64,000 nucleotides of DNA from Candidatus Kerfeldbacteria bacterium (GCA_016214565.1 JACROE010000002.1:472007-536006); one strand, 5' to 3'; positions 9,846 to 19,879 are shown, counted from the stretch's first letter. Numbers and translations are program-made. Notes: generated from the sequence alone by a model not told the origin.

Positions 9846-10225
9846 TTTTTTTGAAAATCAAGCGCGAGTGAATTAATACAATACCGCTGGCCGGTTGGTT
9901 TTGGTCCATCGGGAAAGACGTGTCCCAGATGGGCGCCGCATTTTGAGCACAGTACTTCGATACGCCGTGTGCCCAGCGAATCGTCAGCTTCCGTCCTGAT
10001 GTGCGCCTGATGCGCCGGATCCCAGAATGACGGCCAGCCAGTGCCGGAATCGAATTTCGTAGCCGATGAAAAAAGTTCTTGGCCACAATTAACACAGACA
10101 TAGATGCCGTGCGCTTTATTATTGAGCCACTTACCTGACCCGGGCGGTTCGGTGCCTTTGAGAAAACACACGTTGTATTGTTCTGGCGTTAGGTTGTTAT
10201 TGGTGTTCGGGTGAGGTTGGTTCAT
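9842..10225 (-). CDS. msrB: Peptide-methionine (R)-S-oxide reductase
   Basis: CxxC...CxxC zinc-site pairs and GTGWPSF...RxExxCxxCxxHLGHVF SelR signature. Confidence 0.85.
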
Positions 10226-10535
10226 TGGATTGAGGTTTATTGTTTAATATGCCTTTTGCCCAGCGACGGTCAATATAGACCATGCGCCACCACATTCGCC
10301 CGAGGCCGTAGCCAGCAAGGGCGCCGAGTGCCAATAACCCGATTTGGATAGCCGGATGGAGAGCGCAGCTGCCATACCACACGATCGTTCGGCCGGAATC
10401 AGTGGCCCAGCTCAGGTAGATCTCTTCAATCACGGCATGGGCCATAATTGAGAGCAGGAGTCCCAGCAAGATGCTGGAGATAATATACAGGCGATGTTTG
10501 AGCGGGGTTGGATTAAGGTTGGCGGTTAAGAACAT
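10197..10535 (-). CDS. Hypothetical small membrane protein
   Basis: 112 aa with 2-3 hydrophobic helices. Overlaps the msrB start by 29 nt. Confidence 0.3.
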   Translation of the reverse strand: MFLTANLNPTPLKHRLYIISSILLGLLLSIMAHAVIEEIYLSWATDSGRTIVWYGSCALHPAIQIGLLALGALAGYGLGRMWWRMVYIDRRWAKGILNNKPQSNEPTSPEHQ

Positions 10536-10561
10536 ACAAAAATGATATGAGTGAATTAATG

Positions 10562-11128
10562 CTAGCGATTTTGTTTTCTAAGGCTTTGCGCCTGGTAGAG
10601 CGTGGCGACTACTTGGACGCTTCCCATCGACCAGAAGAGAACGGGGAAAGAGAATATGGAGACGATGATTCCGCCCACGATGACGCCAATGCCGGTAATG
10701 ATTTGCGCCGTGCCTTCGCTGATGCCCCAGAGCATGCCCATCCGGTTAGCGCTGCCATGTTTATCATAGAGTGCATCCCAGGTGGGAGTGGCCATCGCGG
10801 CAGCAATGCCCAATCCAGCCTGGACGATTAATAAGTGTGTGGGACTTTGGACAAGGAGATAGCCAAACGTGCACAGTGCGTTGAGTGCGTATCCAGCAAC
10901 CATGAGCTGCGCTTTATTTTGAGTGCGGTCCCACAGTTTGCCAAAAATGATCATTAACATCCCGGTCACGATCAAATAGGTGGCCCATGCCCAAGCAATG
11001 TCAAAAACGTCGCCACCGATGTCCTCGGCAAAGACGGCAAAGAGCGGGCCGAGCATGCCCTCGCCAAAATACCAGATATTACCTCCGACGAGGAGTATTC
11101 GTTCTGCAGTGTTGACGATGCGTTTCAT
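10562..11128 (-). CDS. Six-helix membrane protein resembling one half of an MFS transporter
   Basis: 188 aa with six hydrophobic segments and Gly-rich helix packing motifs. No partner half is adjacent. Confidence 0.35.
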   Translation of the reverse strand: MKRIVNTAERILLVGGNIWYFGEGMLGPLFAVFAEDIGGDVFDIAWAWATYLIVTGMLMIIFGKLWDRTQNKAQLMVAGYALNALCTFGYLLVQSPTHLLIVQAGLGIAAAMATPTWDALYDKHGSANRMGMLWGISEGTAQIITGIGVIVGGIIVSIFSFPVLFWSMGSVQVVATLYQAQSLRKQNR

Positions 11129-11649
11129 GAGTGGAATTGCTTATCTATTTGAACATTGTTTTGTGCCACGGCAATCAACCAGTGGCGACTGCGCATGCCG
11201 GGCTCGAATGTTTGCCAGCGGGCATTAAATGAGCGCGGACTGATTTTGAAATGCCGCCCGTGCCAGGGATCATGCAGGGTGATGATTCGCCGATTTATTT
11301 CAACCACTATGGCGTAGTGTCCTTCATTATCCACCGGTTCTCGATAAAGTACAATGACAGGATATTTTTTAGATATTAAGAAAGCAAGTTCGGCCATCGT
11401 CGATGATTCATTAAGGTACACATAGAGCCCGGCACGGCGCAGAAACGTGATGATGGCGCGGGGGTGCGTACCGATGGCGCGGTTCGTTTTGAGCCTTCGT
11501 GACAGCGATGCTTCGCTGATGTTTTTTTTAAAATGCCGCAGGATCATCCGCACAACAGCTGGGCCGCAGGTGTAGTCGGTTTTTTGGTGGAAATAGGGTA
11601 TGCGGAGGGACGTCATAGGCATAGATAGTATAACAGACTTATTGTTCAT
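11125..11649 (-). CDS. Peptidase C39-like (papain-fold cysteine protease, BtrH/C39_2-type) domain protein. The start is assumed at an internal Met, since the ORF extends to 11742.
   Basis: YFHQKTDYTCGPAVVRMIL...EGHYAIVVEI is the C39-like Cys/His arrangement. Divergently oriented to the ABC exporter genes. Confidence 0.5.
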   Translation of the reverse strand: MNNKSVILSMPMTSLRIPYFHQKTDYTCGPAVVRMILRHFKKNISEASLSRRLKTNRAIGTHPRAIITFLRRAGLYVYLNESSTMAELAFLISKKYPVIVLYREPVDNEGHYAIVVEINRRIITLHDPWHGRHFKISPRSFNARWQTFEPGMRSRHWLIAVAQNNVQIDKQFHS

Positions 11650-11709
11650 CTGCCCGCGGAACCTCTCGTTGAGAGAGGGGTGGCTGCTATGATATACTAA
11701 AATTATTGT

Positions 11710-12654
11710 ATGACATCTCAATTGAGCATCGACGTTCAACATCTCGTGAAAAAGTTTCCTTCGCCCGATACAAAGGGTGAGTTAGTCGCGGTTAACAATA
11801 TTTCATTCACGGTGGCGCGTGGGGAGGTATTCGGTCTGCTTGGGCCAAACGGCGCCGGCAAAACGACCACCCTGGAAATTATCGAAGGCCTGCAAGAACC
11901 AACCTCGGGTAAGACGCTGATTAATGGATTGGACACCCATCAGCAGCGCCAAGAGGTTAAACGGATTATTGGTATTCAACTCCAGTCATCCGCCTACTAT
12001 GAGTATTTACAGCTCGGGGAAATATTAGAGCTGTTTGGTCGGTTCTATGGTAAAAAAGTGAACGTCGATCAGTTGCTTGACATTGTTGATTTGAGGGACA
12101 AGAAAAAGGCGCTGGTGAAACAGTTGTCTGGTGGACAAGCGCAGCGGTTTTCCATATGTGCAGCGCTGGTGAATGATCCTGAAATTGTTTTCCTCGATGA
12201 GCCAACCACCGGCCTGGATCCGTATGCGCGTCGTTTGATGTGGGACTTCATAAAGCGCGTAAATCAGCAGGGGAAGACAGTGGTACTTACTACTCATTAT
12301 ATGGAAGAGGCGGAAACATTGTGCCATCGGGTGGGGATCATGGAAGGTGGCATTATTGCTGCGCTGGATACCCCAGCCAATCTAATCCGCCAGTTGCACT
12401 CTTCGTCGCGCATCCAATTTGGGGTCGAGGGTCAGATTGATCTGGATAGCCTGAAGGCCATCAGTGGCGTGCTGGGCGTGAAGCGCAATGATCACGGCGT
12501 GGTGACAATTCAGGTGACGCGCGGAAATGAAGTATTGCCCAGCCTGTACAAGTGGGCGGAGCAGAAACACGTTTTTATGGGTGATCTACAGGTTATCTCA
12601 GCAAATCTCGAAGATGTTTTTATAGAATTTACTGGTAAAAAATTACAGGAATAA
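11710..12654 (+). CDS. ABC transporter ATP-binding protein
   Basis: Walker A GPNGAGKTT, ABC signature LSGGQAQR, Walker B VFLDEPTTGLD, H-loop. Confidence 0.85.
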   Translation: MTSQLSIDVQHLVKKFPSPDTKGELVAVNNISFTVARGEVFGLLGPNGAGKTTTLEIIEGLQEPTSGKTLINGLDTHQQRQEVKRIIGIQLQSSAYYEYLQLGEILELFGRFYGKKVNVDQLLDIVDLRDKKKALVKQLSGGQAQRFSICAALVNDPEIVFLDEPTTGLDPYARRLMWDFIKRVNQQGKTVVLTTHYMEEAETLCHRVGIMEGGIIAALDTPANLIRQLHSSSRIQFGVEGQIDLDSLKAISGVLGVKRNDHGVVTIQVTRGNEVLPSLYKWAEQKHVFMGDLQVISANLEDVFIEFTGKKLQE

Positions 12655-12656
12655 GT

Positions 12657-13763
12657 ATGTTGTGGAAATTACTCTGGTATAACATCAAAATGACGTACCG
12701 CGACAAGCAGGCGATTTTTTGGTCGCTGGTGTTTCCGCTCATGTTCATTATTATTTTTGGGCTATTTGATTTTGAGCGGATGGGTGATGCGAAGTATATT
12801 GCTATCGATAATGCTCAGTCACCAATTGCCACACAATTTTTGGATGGGTTTAATCAGATCGAATTTTTGAAACGGCAGGAATTTTCGGGAACATTAGACG
12901 AAGCGCGCGTCCAGCTCACTGAGGGTGAGATTGATTTCGTTTTACTCATTCCCCGTGGTTTTGCCTTGCCTGATCCGGGCGATCCCGCTGCAACCGCGCC
13001 GGTACAACCCACGCCGTTGCAGGTGTATTATGACGAGGGGAATATGCTCTCAAATCAGGTAGCACTCAGTGTCGTGGATAAATTTGTGGATAGTATGAAT
13101 ATGCAGATTGGCCAGACGCAGCAATTATTCACCTATACTGCAGAGAGTGTCCAGACAAAGGATGTGCGCTATATTGATATGATTATGCCTGGCATCCTGG
13201 GAATGTCGCTGATGAACTCTGCTGTAATTGGCATTGCGACTGGGATTTCTCGGTATCGTGAACGCAAACTATTGAAGCGGCTTTCTGCCACCCCATTGAA
13301 AGTTCGTGATTTTTTGATTGCTGAGGTCTTGAGTTATCTGGCCATGACGCTGGTTCAGATTGCCTTGATCATTATTCTGGCTCGGCTCGCTTTTGGCGTG
13401 CAGGTGTACGGCAATTATTTATATTTATTCATTTTGGCGTTACTCGGGAGCATTATATTCCTCAATATTGGTTTTGCGGTGGCCGGGTATTCAAAGAACA
13501 CCAAAACAGCTGAAGCCATGTCGCAGATCGTGACTATGCCGATGATGTTTTTTTCAGGTGTATTCTTCTCAACCGAGACATTGCCAAAAGTGGTGGCTAA
13601 AGTGGTCGGGTTTCTCCCTTTAACGCCACTGATAGACGCCTTGCGGGCGGTTTCGATCAACGCTGAAAATCTGTCCGCGCTCGGTACTGAGCTCGGCTTT
13701 ATGGCTGCCTGGGTCGTCGCCTCCTTTCTTTTAGCCTGGAAGACGTTTCGGTTTAAGGACTAG
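12657..13763 (+). CDS. ABC-2 type transporter permease
   Basis: 368 aa. N-terminal TM helix, large extracytoplasmic loop, then five C-terminal TM helices. Its ATG lies 3 nt after the ATPase stop. Confidence 0.7.
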   Translation: MLWKLLWYNIKMTYRDKQAIFWSLVFPLMFIIIFGLFDFERMGDAKYIAIDNAQSPIATQFLDGFNQIEFLKRQEFSGTLDEARVQLTEGEIDFVLLIPRGFALPDPGDPAATAPVQPTPLQVYYDEGNMLSNQVALSVVDKFVDSMNMQIGQTQQLFTYTAESVQTKDVRYIDMIMPGILGMSLMNSAVIGIATGISRYRERKLLKRLSATPLKVRDFLIAEVLSYLAMTLVQIALIIILARLAFGVQVYGNYLYLFILALLGSIIFLNIGFAVAGYSKNTKTAEAMSQIVTMPMMFFSGVFFSTETLPKVVAKVVGFLPLTPLIDALRAVSINAENLSALGTELGFMAAWVVASFLLAWKTFRFKD

Positions 13764-13789
13764 CAATAGCTAAGTTTCAATAGCTTTGA

Positions 13790-15082
13790 TTACACCTCCC
13801 GCAAGTACCCCCAGGAGTGCAATTTATCAGAGTCATCATTCCACCGGTCGCCGATATCGGTGCGATAGTACATATTGGGGATGAGGATGTTTTTAATGCG
13901 ATTATAGGCCTGATCCTTGGCCTGGCGCATGGTCGGGCCGGAGCCGACCACAATGAGCGCCACGCCGGTTGAGCCAGTCACAATCCATTCACCGTTTACC
14001 AGCTTTACATCCTCGATATGCACGCCGTCAGTATTTTTGCCCGTGAATACAATCACGGCGCCTTTTGAATTTGCGTCAAACGTTCGCTTATCACGGTAGG
14101 GATAGGGCGGCACCACCACGCGTACGCCGACGTGGAATCCGCTTTTTACTTTCAGTTTTGATTCCGTTCCTGCTGCCAGCGTGTAGAGAAATTCACCGAT
14201 TGGCGTGATCATGCTTTCTTGCTGAATGGAAATAGTAGGGTAGCCAAAACGGGCGGTGAATTCTAGTGGGTAGATCCCGTTACCGTTTACAATGCAATTC
14301 AGATCAATGTAGCCGACATACCGTTCGCGCGCCAGCGTGGCTTCAAGTTTGCGCAGGGTTTGATTGAATAGGCGATTCGGTTCTGACCAGAACATGCTCG
14401 TCCCCATTTCACCCGTCGCCGGGCCGATATTGCCGGGAAATAATTTTTTGTGTTCAAAATTTATGTTCACCGGCGTGATAAATTGAGAGCCGTTAAAAAA
14501 AGTTCCCACTGCCACTTCGACGCCAGTCATTTTGCGTTGCAGCTGAAATACTTTTATTTTATGTGACCAGACATGTCGATAGGCCTGGAGAATTCTAATC
14601 ACGTCCGCGCCATCTTTTTCCATGCCGACAAAAAGCAAGCGCTTGATGTTTTGCGCCTCACCCGACGGTTTGATGACATATTCATCGGGGTGCATTTTTA
14701 CGTATTCTATGGCTTTGTCGAAATCGGTGAATTCCTGGTAGGGAATGATGCTGACGCCGTGTCGTTTTAGTTCTTCCTGGCCGAAGGTTCGGTCTTCCTC
14801 GAGTCGGTCGGTGTAGGGCGTACCGCCAATAACCAGCTTTCCGGCGCTGCGGAGTTTCTGGGCGGTATCCCCAAATCCCATCACGTCATCGAAGACTATA
14901 ACATCCGCCCAGTCCGTGTGTTCTCTCCAGTTTTGTACTTTGTTAACAAAACCGTCAGCACTGTCCCGATCGTCTTCTTCGGCGATCCAGTATTTCACCT
15001 CATGACCCTCTTGGGCCACCCGCCAAGCGATGTCTGAAATCAGGGCGGTGTCAGAGACAAACAGGAATTTTTTGAAATCCAT
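13790..15082 (-). CDS. Phosphoribosylamine--glycine ligase (PurD)-like ATP-grasp enzyme, divergent
   Basis: GPATGEMG (compare PurD GPNTGGMG), EFTARFGYP (compare EFNCRFGDPE) and C-terminal RTDIGDRW (compare RKDIGWRA). No other pur genes are nearby. Confidence 0.55.
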   Translation of the reverse strand: MDFKKFLFVSDTALISDIAWRVAQEGHEVKYWIAEEDDRDSADGFVNKVQNWREHTDWADVIVFDDVMGFGDTAQKLRSAGKLVIGGTPYTDRLEEDRTFGQEELKRHGVSIIPYQEFTDFDKAIEYVKMHPDEYVIKPSGEAQNIKRLLFVGMEKDGADVIRILQAYRHVWSHKIKVFQLQRKMTGVEVAVGTFFNGSQFITPVNINFEHKKLFPGNIGPATGEMGTSMFWSEPNRLFNQTLRKLEATLARERYVGYIDLNCIVNGNGIYPLEFTARFGYPTISIQQESMITPIGEFLYTLAAGTESKLKVKSGFHVGVRVVVPPYPYRDKRTFDANSKGAVIVFTGKNTDGVHIEDVKLVNGEWIVTGSTGVALIVVGSGPTMRQAKDQAYNRIKNILIPNMYYRTDIGDRWNDDSDKLHSWGYLREV

Positions 15083-15152
15083 GGGCGTCGAGTTTGATTA
15101 AGTGTGGTCTACACCTCTAGAGTATACTCTTTTCTACGTGTCTGAGGAGTGG

Positions 15153-16070
15153 CTAATTGGCAGCGTTGCCATTTATCCCATTCGTATTCTGATTGTCATT
15201 CGTAGTGCCATTTGTATTGGCCGTATTAACATTTTCCGCCTCATCTGCATCCTCTCCTTCACTATTAATAGGATTTATTGAGCCGACGCCGTTAATATTT
15301 TCCTTAACCGTTGGGGGATTTCCTGCGTACTCAATTGATCCAGCACCGTTCAGGGTGGCGGTAAGTGATTCAGTCGCGTGTACTTCGGCGCTCCCAGCAC
15401 CATTCAGGGTGGCTTCAACATCTTTCCCCCGCAATGCTTGCGCATCGATCTCACCTGCGCCATCAATCGTCACCAGCTGACTGTCAGCAGTTCCACTTAA
15501 TTGCATCTCACCTGCACCATTCAGGGTGGCTTCGAGACGCAACAGTTGAAGCTCGAGCTTCGCATCAGTCGCTCCATTGAATACGATACGCAGCGAATCC
15601 TGTGTCAGAGTACCCTCGGTTCGCATATCCATCAGCCCGTCAATGGTTAGATCGCTTAGCTCTGTAACGGTCAGGGTGTAGATGATTGATTCTTTCTTAG
15701 GGCCGACGAAAAAAAGTCGTTGGAACCAGGGGAGATCCGCATCAATGATCAGCTCTCCATTGCGGACTTCAGTCGAGACCCACTGGTGGTATTCTTCGGG
15801 AGCGGCCAGCGTGAGCGAAACCGTTTCACCTTGTTTGAGCACGAGTTGGCCGACGCCGGCTTGGAGGTATATTTTGGTGAATGGTTCAATAGTGATGTTT
15901 GCGGTTTTGGCGTCACCATAACGGTCTTGGCCAAAAAGCATGACCACGATGATAATGAGCGCGATGGTGACCAATAGCCAATTGAGATTAGTTCCTGATT
16001 TGTGCGTTGCTTCATGTTGCTTTGGCTGCTCGACTGGTTGTGAGGGAGAGGGCTTAATTGACTCGTCCAT
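15153..16070 (-). CDS. DUF2807 (GIN-domain, putative auto-adhesin head) protein with an N-terminal TM anchor and an Asn/Thr-rich tail
   Basis: Repeated ATLNGAGS / IDGAGE segments characteristic of DUF2807 beta-helical heads. Confidence 0.45.
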   Translation of the reverse strand: MDESIKPSPSQPVEQPKQHEATHKSGTNLNWLLVTIALIIIVVMLFGQDRYGDAKTANITIEPFTKIYLQAGVGQLVLKQGETVSLTLAAPEEYHQWVSTEVRNGELIIDADLPWFQRLFFVGPKKESIIYTLTVTELSDLTIDGLMDMRTEGTLTQDSLRIVFNGATDAKLELQLLRLEATLNGAGEMQLSGTADSQLVTIDGAGEIDAQALRGKDVEATLNGAGSAEVHATESLTATLNGAGSIEYAGNPPTVKENINGVGSINPINSEGEDADEAENVNTANTNGTTNDNQNTNGINGNAAN

Positions 16071-16144
16071 ATTATTTTTTCAATAATAAATATTACCGTA
16101 TCATATCATGAACGGTGCCAAATGAACACGCATTACTCGGGTGC

Positions 16145-16684
16145 CTAGACTAACCATTTTTGGAATGACTTCCGTAGCTGGGAAATTTTTGGGTCAATAA
16201 CCACCTGGCAATATGGTGCGTCTGGATTTGTTTCATAATAATTATGATGGTATGGTTCCGCTTCAAAGAATTTTCCAGCTGGTTGGATCTCGGTAACGAT
16301 TGGGGCAGAAAAAGTTTCCGCCTCATTAAGCTCATCCCGCACTCGTTCGGCGACCGTCCGCTGCGCACCATCATGGTAAAAAATAGCCGATCGGTATTGG
16401 CTACCAACGTCGTGTCCCTGTCGATTGAGTTGAGTGGGGTCATGGGTGCCAAAAAATATTCTCACCAACTGTTCATACGGAATGATTGCTGGATCGTAGG
16501 TCATTTGGATTGCTTCTGCGTGGCCCGTGTCGCCACCGGAGACGTCGTCATAGTGAGGTGCGTCTATGGTACCCCCGGTATATCCAGGGACGACACGGCT
16601 TACTCCGCGCACCCGTTTGAATACCGCCTCAGTGCACCAGAAACAACCACTAGCGAATGTAGCATAGGTATCGGAGGTAGGCAT
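16145..16684 (-). CDS. msrA: Peptide-methionine (S)-S-oxide reductase
   Basis: Active site GCFWC near the N-terminus, plus the HDPTQ and YHQ(N)Y motifs. Confidence 0.85.
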   Translation of the reverse strand: MPTSDTYATFASGCFWCTEAVFKRVRGVSRVVPGYTGGTIDAPHYDDVSGGDTGHAEAIQMTYDPAIIPYEQLVRIFFGTHDPTQLNRQGHDVGSQYRSAIFYHDGAQRTVAERVRDELNEAETFSAPIVTEIQPAGKFFEAEPYHHNYYETNPDAPYCQVVIDPKISQLRKSFQKWLV

Positions 16685-16823
16685 ATATTTATGTAATTAG
16701 TGTGTTTAATAATATTTAAATGTATTCGGTCTATCCTCTCGATCCTCAGTAGCTTCTGTATCATTGCGATCGCAACAAATAACCAATTAGCGCATTGGTT
16801 CTAGCGTATGCTTAGAGTGGCTA

Positions 16824-17126
16824 TTATAGTGTTTCGTCCGAAGAATTGGCAGGCGGCTGACGGCGTCTACGCCAAGCGGCCAGCGATGGGTATACATACA
16901 TCCAGAGCCCAGTAAGTGCCATCAGAAATAGCGCAATACTAAAGATAGGGCTGAGTTTATTGTGAAGATTGCGGACTTGGCCCAGATTAATTGACCCTAA
17001 AATATTATGTGCAATGTCAGGATATTTCATGATAATGCCGGTGATGGCCATGATGAGTCCGAGGGTGCTAATGATTAACACGAGCAATCGATGAATTTTC
17101 TTCGTAATAATATAGGTATTGGTCAT
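16824..17126 (-). CDS. Hypothetical small membrane protein, co-directional and abutting the cytochrome-b5 gene
   Basis: 100 aa, two hydrophobic helices. Its start lies 3 nt downstream of the stop of the 17129-17980 gene. Confidence 0.3.
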   Translation of the reverse strand: MTNTYIITKKIHRLLVLIISTLGLIMAITGIIMKYPDIAHNILGSINLGQVRNLHNKLSPIFSIALFLMALTGLWMYVYPSLAAWRRRRQPPANSSDETL

Positions 17127-17128
17127 AC

Positions 17129-17980
17129 TTAGTCGTCCTCGTATTCATATCCCCCGTCATCATTTCCCGAACTGGCGGGTGGAGTCTGGGAATTAATTTG
17201 TTGTTCGGTTGTCTGAATTGTTTCCGTGGTTGTTGTGCTATTAAGTGTGCCGATCGCATAATTGGCTAGCTGAGATCGAGCGTTTGAGGAATGACTGCCT
17301 TGGCCGGCTTTCGTCGAAAATGCGCTCGTGGCATCTCTTCCGCAATAGGGAATGATGATAGCCCGCCCACCGGGATGGGCGTTCAGGTAATTTGTTACAG
17401 CGTATACGGTATTACTTATAATAATCCAGCAATCCCCGGCGCTATTGTGGCGCGCAACAGTGGCAGTGTCGAGTGTTACGGAAGTACCTGTGGTGGTTGG
17501 CGTTGCAGCGCTTGGTTGGGCGGCGGTGTTTGTGGCTGGCGTTTCCGTATTGACGTTATTATTTTGTGTGGTGGTGGGCGTTATACTTTCGAGTGTGCCG
17601 AGATAAAATCGGGCTAGCTCAGAAACGGCGAATGAAGAATGAGTAGTACCGCGCCCATCTTTAGTACTGAATGCCGTAGTTGCGTCTTTGCCGCAATATG
17701 GAGCGATAACGTCACGTCCGCCGGGATGGGTCGCCAGATAGCTGGATACACCATATATTTTCCCACTAATAAGCAGCCAACAATCCTCAATTGTATTGTG
17801 CTGCGCGAGAATCTCCATGCCCGAGGGAGTTTGTGTTGTTTTGTTCGTTAACGCACCATTGGTTGTGGTGTTCGTGGTTGGTGTCCCAATCTGCAGGTAC
17901 GGGTATCCAGTCCAAATTGCGATAGAAATAATGATAATAATGAGCACGCCAATAGTGCCAAAAAGCAGTTCTGATTTCAT
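17129..17980 (-). CDS. Membrane-anchored protein with two tandem cytochrome b5-like heme-binding domains
   Basis: Two copies of HNxxxDCWxxISxxxYxVxxYLxxHPGG...CGxDATxAFSTK...H. These are the HPGG motif plus the second His ligand. An N-terminal TM helix and Thr-rich linkers separate them. Confidence 0.55.
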   Translation of the reverse strand: MKSELLFGTIGVLIIIIISIAIWTGYPYLQIGTPTTNTTTNGALTNKTTQTPSGMEILAQHNTIEDCWLLISGKIYGVSSYLATHPGGRDVIAPYCGKDATTAFSTKDGRGTTHSSFAVSELARFYLGTLESITPTTTQNNNVNTETPATNTAAQPSAATPTTTGTSVTLDTATVARHNSAGDCWIIISNTVYAVTNYLNAHPGGRAIIIPYCGRDATSAFSTKAGQGSHSSNARSQLANYAIGTLNSTTTTETIQTTEQQINSQTPPASSGNDDGGYEYEDD

Positions 17981-18285
17981 AAGGTATCGTTGTATTGTTT
18001 GATACGCGTCATGTCTAGACTTTTTTCAAGCTGATTCATGATTGTTTACTATGGTGCCTCAGTGGCTTCAAGCTTCTTTCTTTACTTTTGTGCTTGTGAC
18101 GGTGTACCGCTAATTTCTATAGTATACGGGAGAATCAAAGCTCCGACCAGCCCCGTCAACACTCCAATGTATAAATAATATCGGTTATTATTAAAATGTG
18201 TTACAGAAATTTTGAAATTTTTTTGTAGATAAAATAATACAACCATACAAACGTATAGTGGCCGATGTTTATTTTCGAGCGCGTA

Positions 18286-18912
18286 TTATGGGGTTGGTGG
18301 CGCAATGCGGCGTTGGCGCCACAGTTCTCGGCCGTAATATATGATGACACCGAGAATGATGGCAACTACCACGATATCAATTTTTGATCCGTAGACATGA
18401 ATGCGCTCCCAATTTTCTCCCAGTTTCACCCCTACCCAGGCGAGGAAGCTGTTCCATAATCCCGCACCAATAGTGGTGAAGAGAACAAACCGCCCGAGGG
18501 GCATCCGACTGATGCCGGCCGGTATTGAGATAAAATGCCGCACCACCGGAATGAACCGGCTGACAAAAATTGCTACGCTGCCCCGTCGCTGGAAGAATTT
18601 TTCCGATGCCTCGAGATGATGTTCATTGAGCAGCAGATATTTCCCAAATTTGAGGACGAGTGGCCGGCCGCCATACGCGCCGATCCAATATGAGATGAGT
18701 GAACCGATTATACTACCGAGGGTGCTGGCAAACACAACCCATAGCCATGTCATGGTGCCCTGATGGATGAGGAATCCCGCAAACGGCATGACGGCCTCGC
18801 TGGGGATGGGTGCAATCATGCTTTCTAAGATCATTAAAAGTAGAATGCCGGGGTATCCTGCAGCATCGATAAAATGGGTGGCGAATTCAATGATTGTTTC
18901 AGTGATGGCCAT
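18286..18912 (-). CDS. DedA/SNARE-associated family membrane protein
   Basis: Characteristic FVSRFIPVVRHFISIPAGISRMPLGRF re-entrant loop motif. Confidence 0.7.
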   Translation of the reverse strand: MAITETIIEFATHFIDAAGYPGILLLMILESMIAPIPSEAVMPFAGFLIHQGTMTWLWVVFASTLGSIIGSLISYWIGAYGGRPLVLKFGKYLLLNEHHLEASEKFFQRRGSVAIFVSRFIPVVRHFISIPAGISRMPLGRFVLFTTIGAGLWNSFLAWVGVKLGENWERIHVYGSKIDIVVVAIILGVIIYYGRELWRQRRIAPPTP

Positions 18913-18982
18913 AGGTGCGTGTATGACAATTCAATCAGTATAGCATGTGTGCTCACTATTCCAAACGTATAATAGCATTGTT

Positions 18983-19879
18983 TTATCGCTCGCTGACCAC
19001 GGCCAGTACTACTGCCGCAATAAGGGTAATAGCAATGCCGATATATTGGTGCCGCTGCAGCTTTTCTTTATTAATGAGTATGCCAAGTAATGCTGCCAGG
19101 GCAATATAGCTTTCGGTAATCGCTATGGTAATTGAGATGGGCAGTACTTGTACCGCGGCGGCAAAGCCAACCCAGGCGGCGTTGTCCAGTACGCCCTGGA
19201 GGGCGATTGGCCGCCAATACGTTTTGGCATGACGAAAGGCAGCGGACATTTCCCGGCGGGCGAGCATCCAGATCAGGCACAGTACGGTATAGATAGCATT
19301 GACGCCCCAGATGGCGAGCAATGGTTTTGAATCCTGGCTCAATACGCCCGTCAGAACATTGGCGCCCGCTGAGAGCAGGACAGCGATGCCAGCGAGTATC
19401 ACGCCTTGTTCGAGGCGCGACCGCTGGCGAAAAAAGATGTTCCACCAGTGCCGGGGCTCTCGGCGCACCACGGTAAAAATGAGCCCAGCAAAGACAGTGA
19501 GGGCAAATACGAATTGCAGCAGGCTGAGGCGTTCGCCTATGATGATCACTCCAATGGCGATGGTCATGGGCAGCTCAAAACTCATGACGGGCTCTACCAC
19601 CGAAATTTTGCCGCGCCCGAGGGATTCAAAAAAGAATATCGCGTAGGCAAATGTCACAATCCCGGTCGCGAGCAGCAAGAGGCCGAGATTCTCCTGGTTA
19701 AAGAAAAGATGCAGGTCATTCCAGACAAAAGGGAGTAATCCAACTAACCCAAAGATGCCGATAAAAAATAATGCCGGGACTGCGCCTACGCCGCGTACTG
19801 ATCGCTGGATGGCAAAGTCGCCAAACCCCCAGGCGAGAAAGGCGATGAAGGCGGCAAAGATGCCAGCTTCTATAGACAT
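18983..19879 (-). CDS. DMT-superfamily (EamA-like) transporter, 10 TM
   Basis: 298 aa with two internally repeated 5-helix halves. Confidence 0.55.
   Translation of the reverse strand: MSIEAGIFAAFIAFLAWGFGDFAIQRSVRGVGAVPALFFIGIFGLVGLLPFVWNDLHLFFNQENLGLLLLATGIVTFAYAIFFFESLGRGKISVVEPVMSFELPMTIAIGVIIIGERLSLLQFVFALTVFAGLIFTVVRREPRHWWNIFFRQRSRLEQGVILAGIAVLLSAGANVLTGVLSQDSKPLLAIWGVNAIYTVLCLIWMLARREMSAAFRHAKTYWRPIALQGVLDNAAWVGFAAAVQVLPISITIAITESYIALAALLGILINKEKLQRHQYIGIAITLIAAVVLAVVSER

Noticed and set aside
10562-11128. Interpreting the 188-aa six-helix protein together with the 112-aa ORF at 10197-10535 as a split 12-TM MFS transporter
   Set aside because: The small ORF lies downstream of, not upstream of, the six-helix protein and has no MFS motifs. 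It is more likely an independent half-transporter-like protein plus an unrelated small membrane protein.
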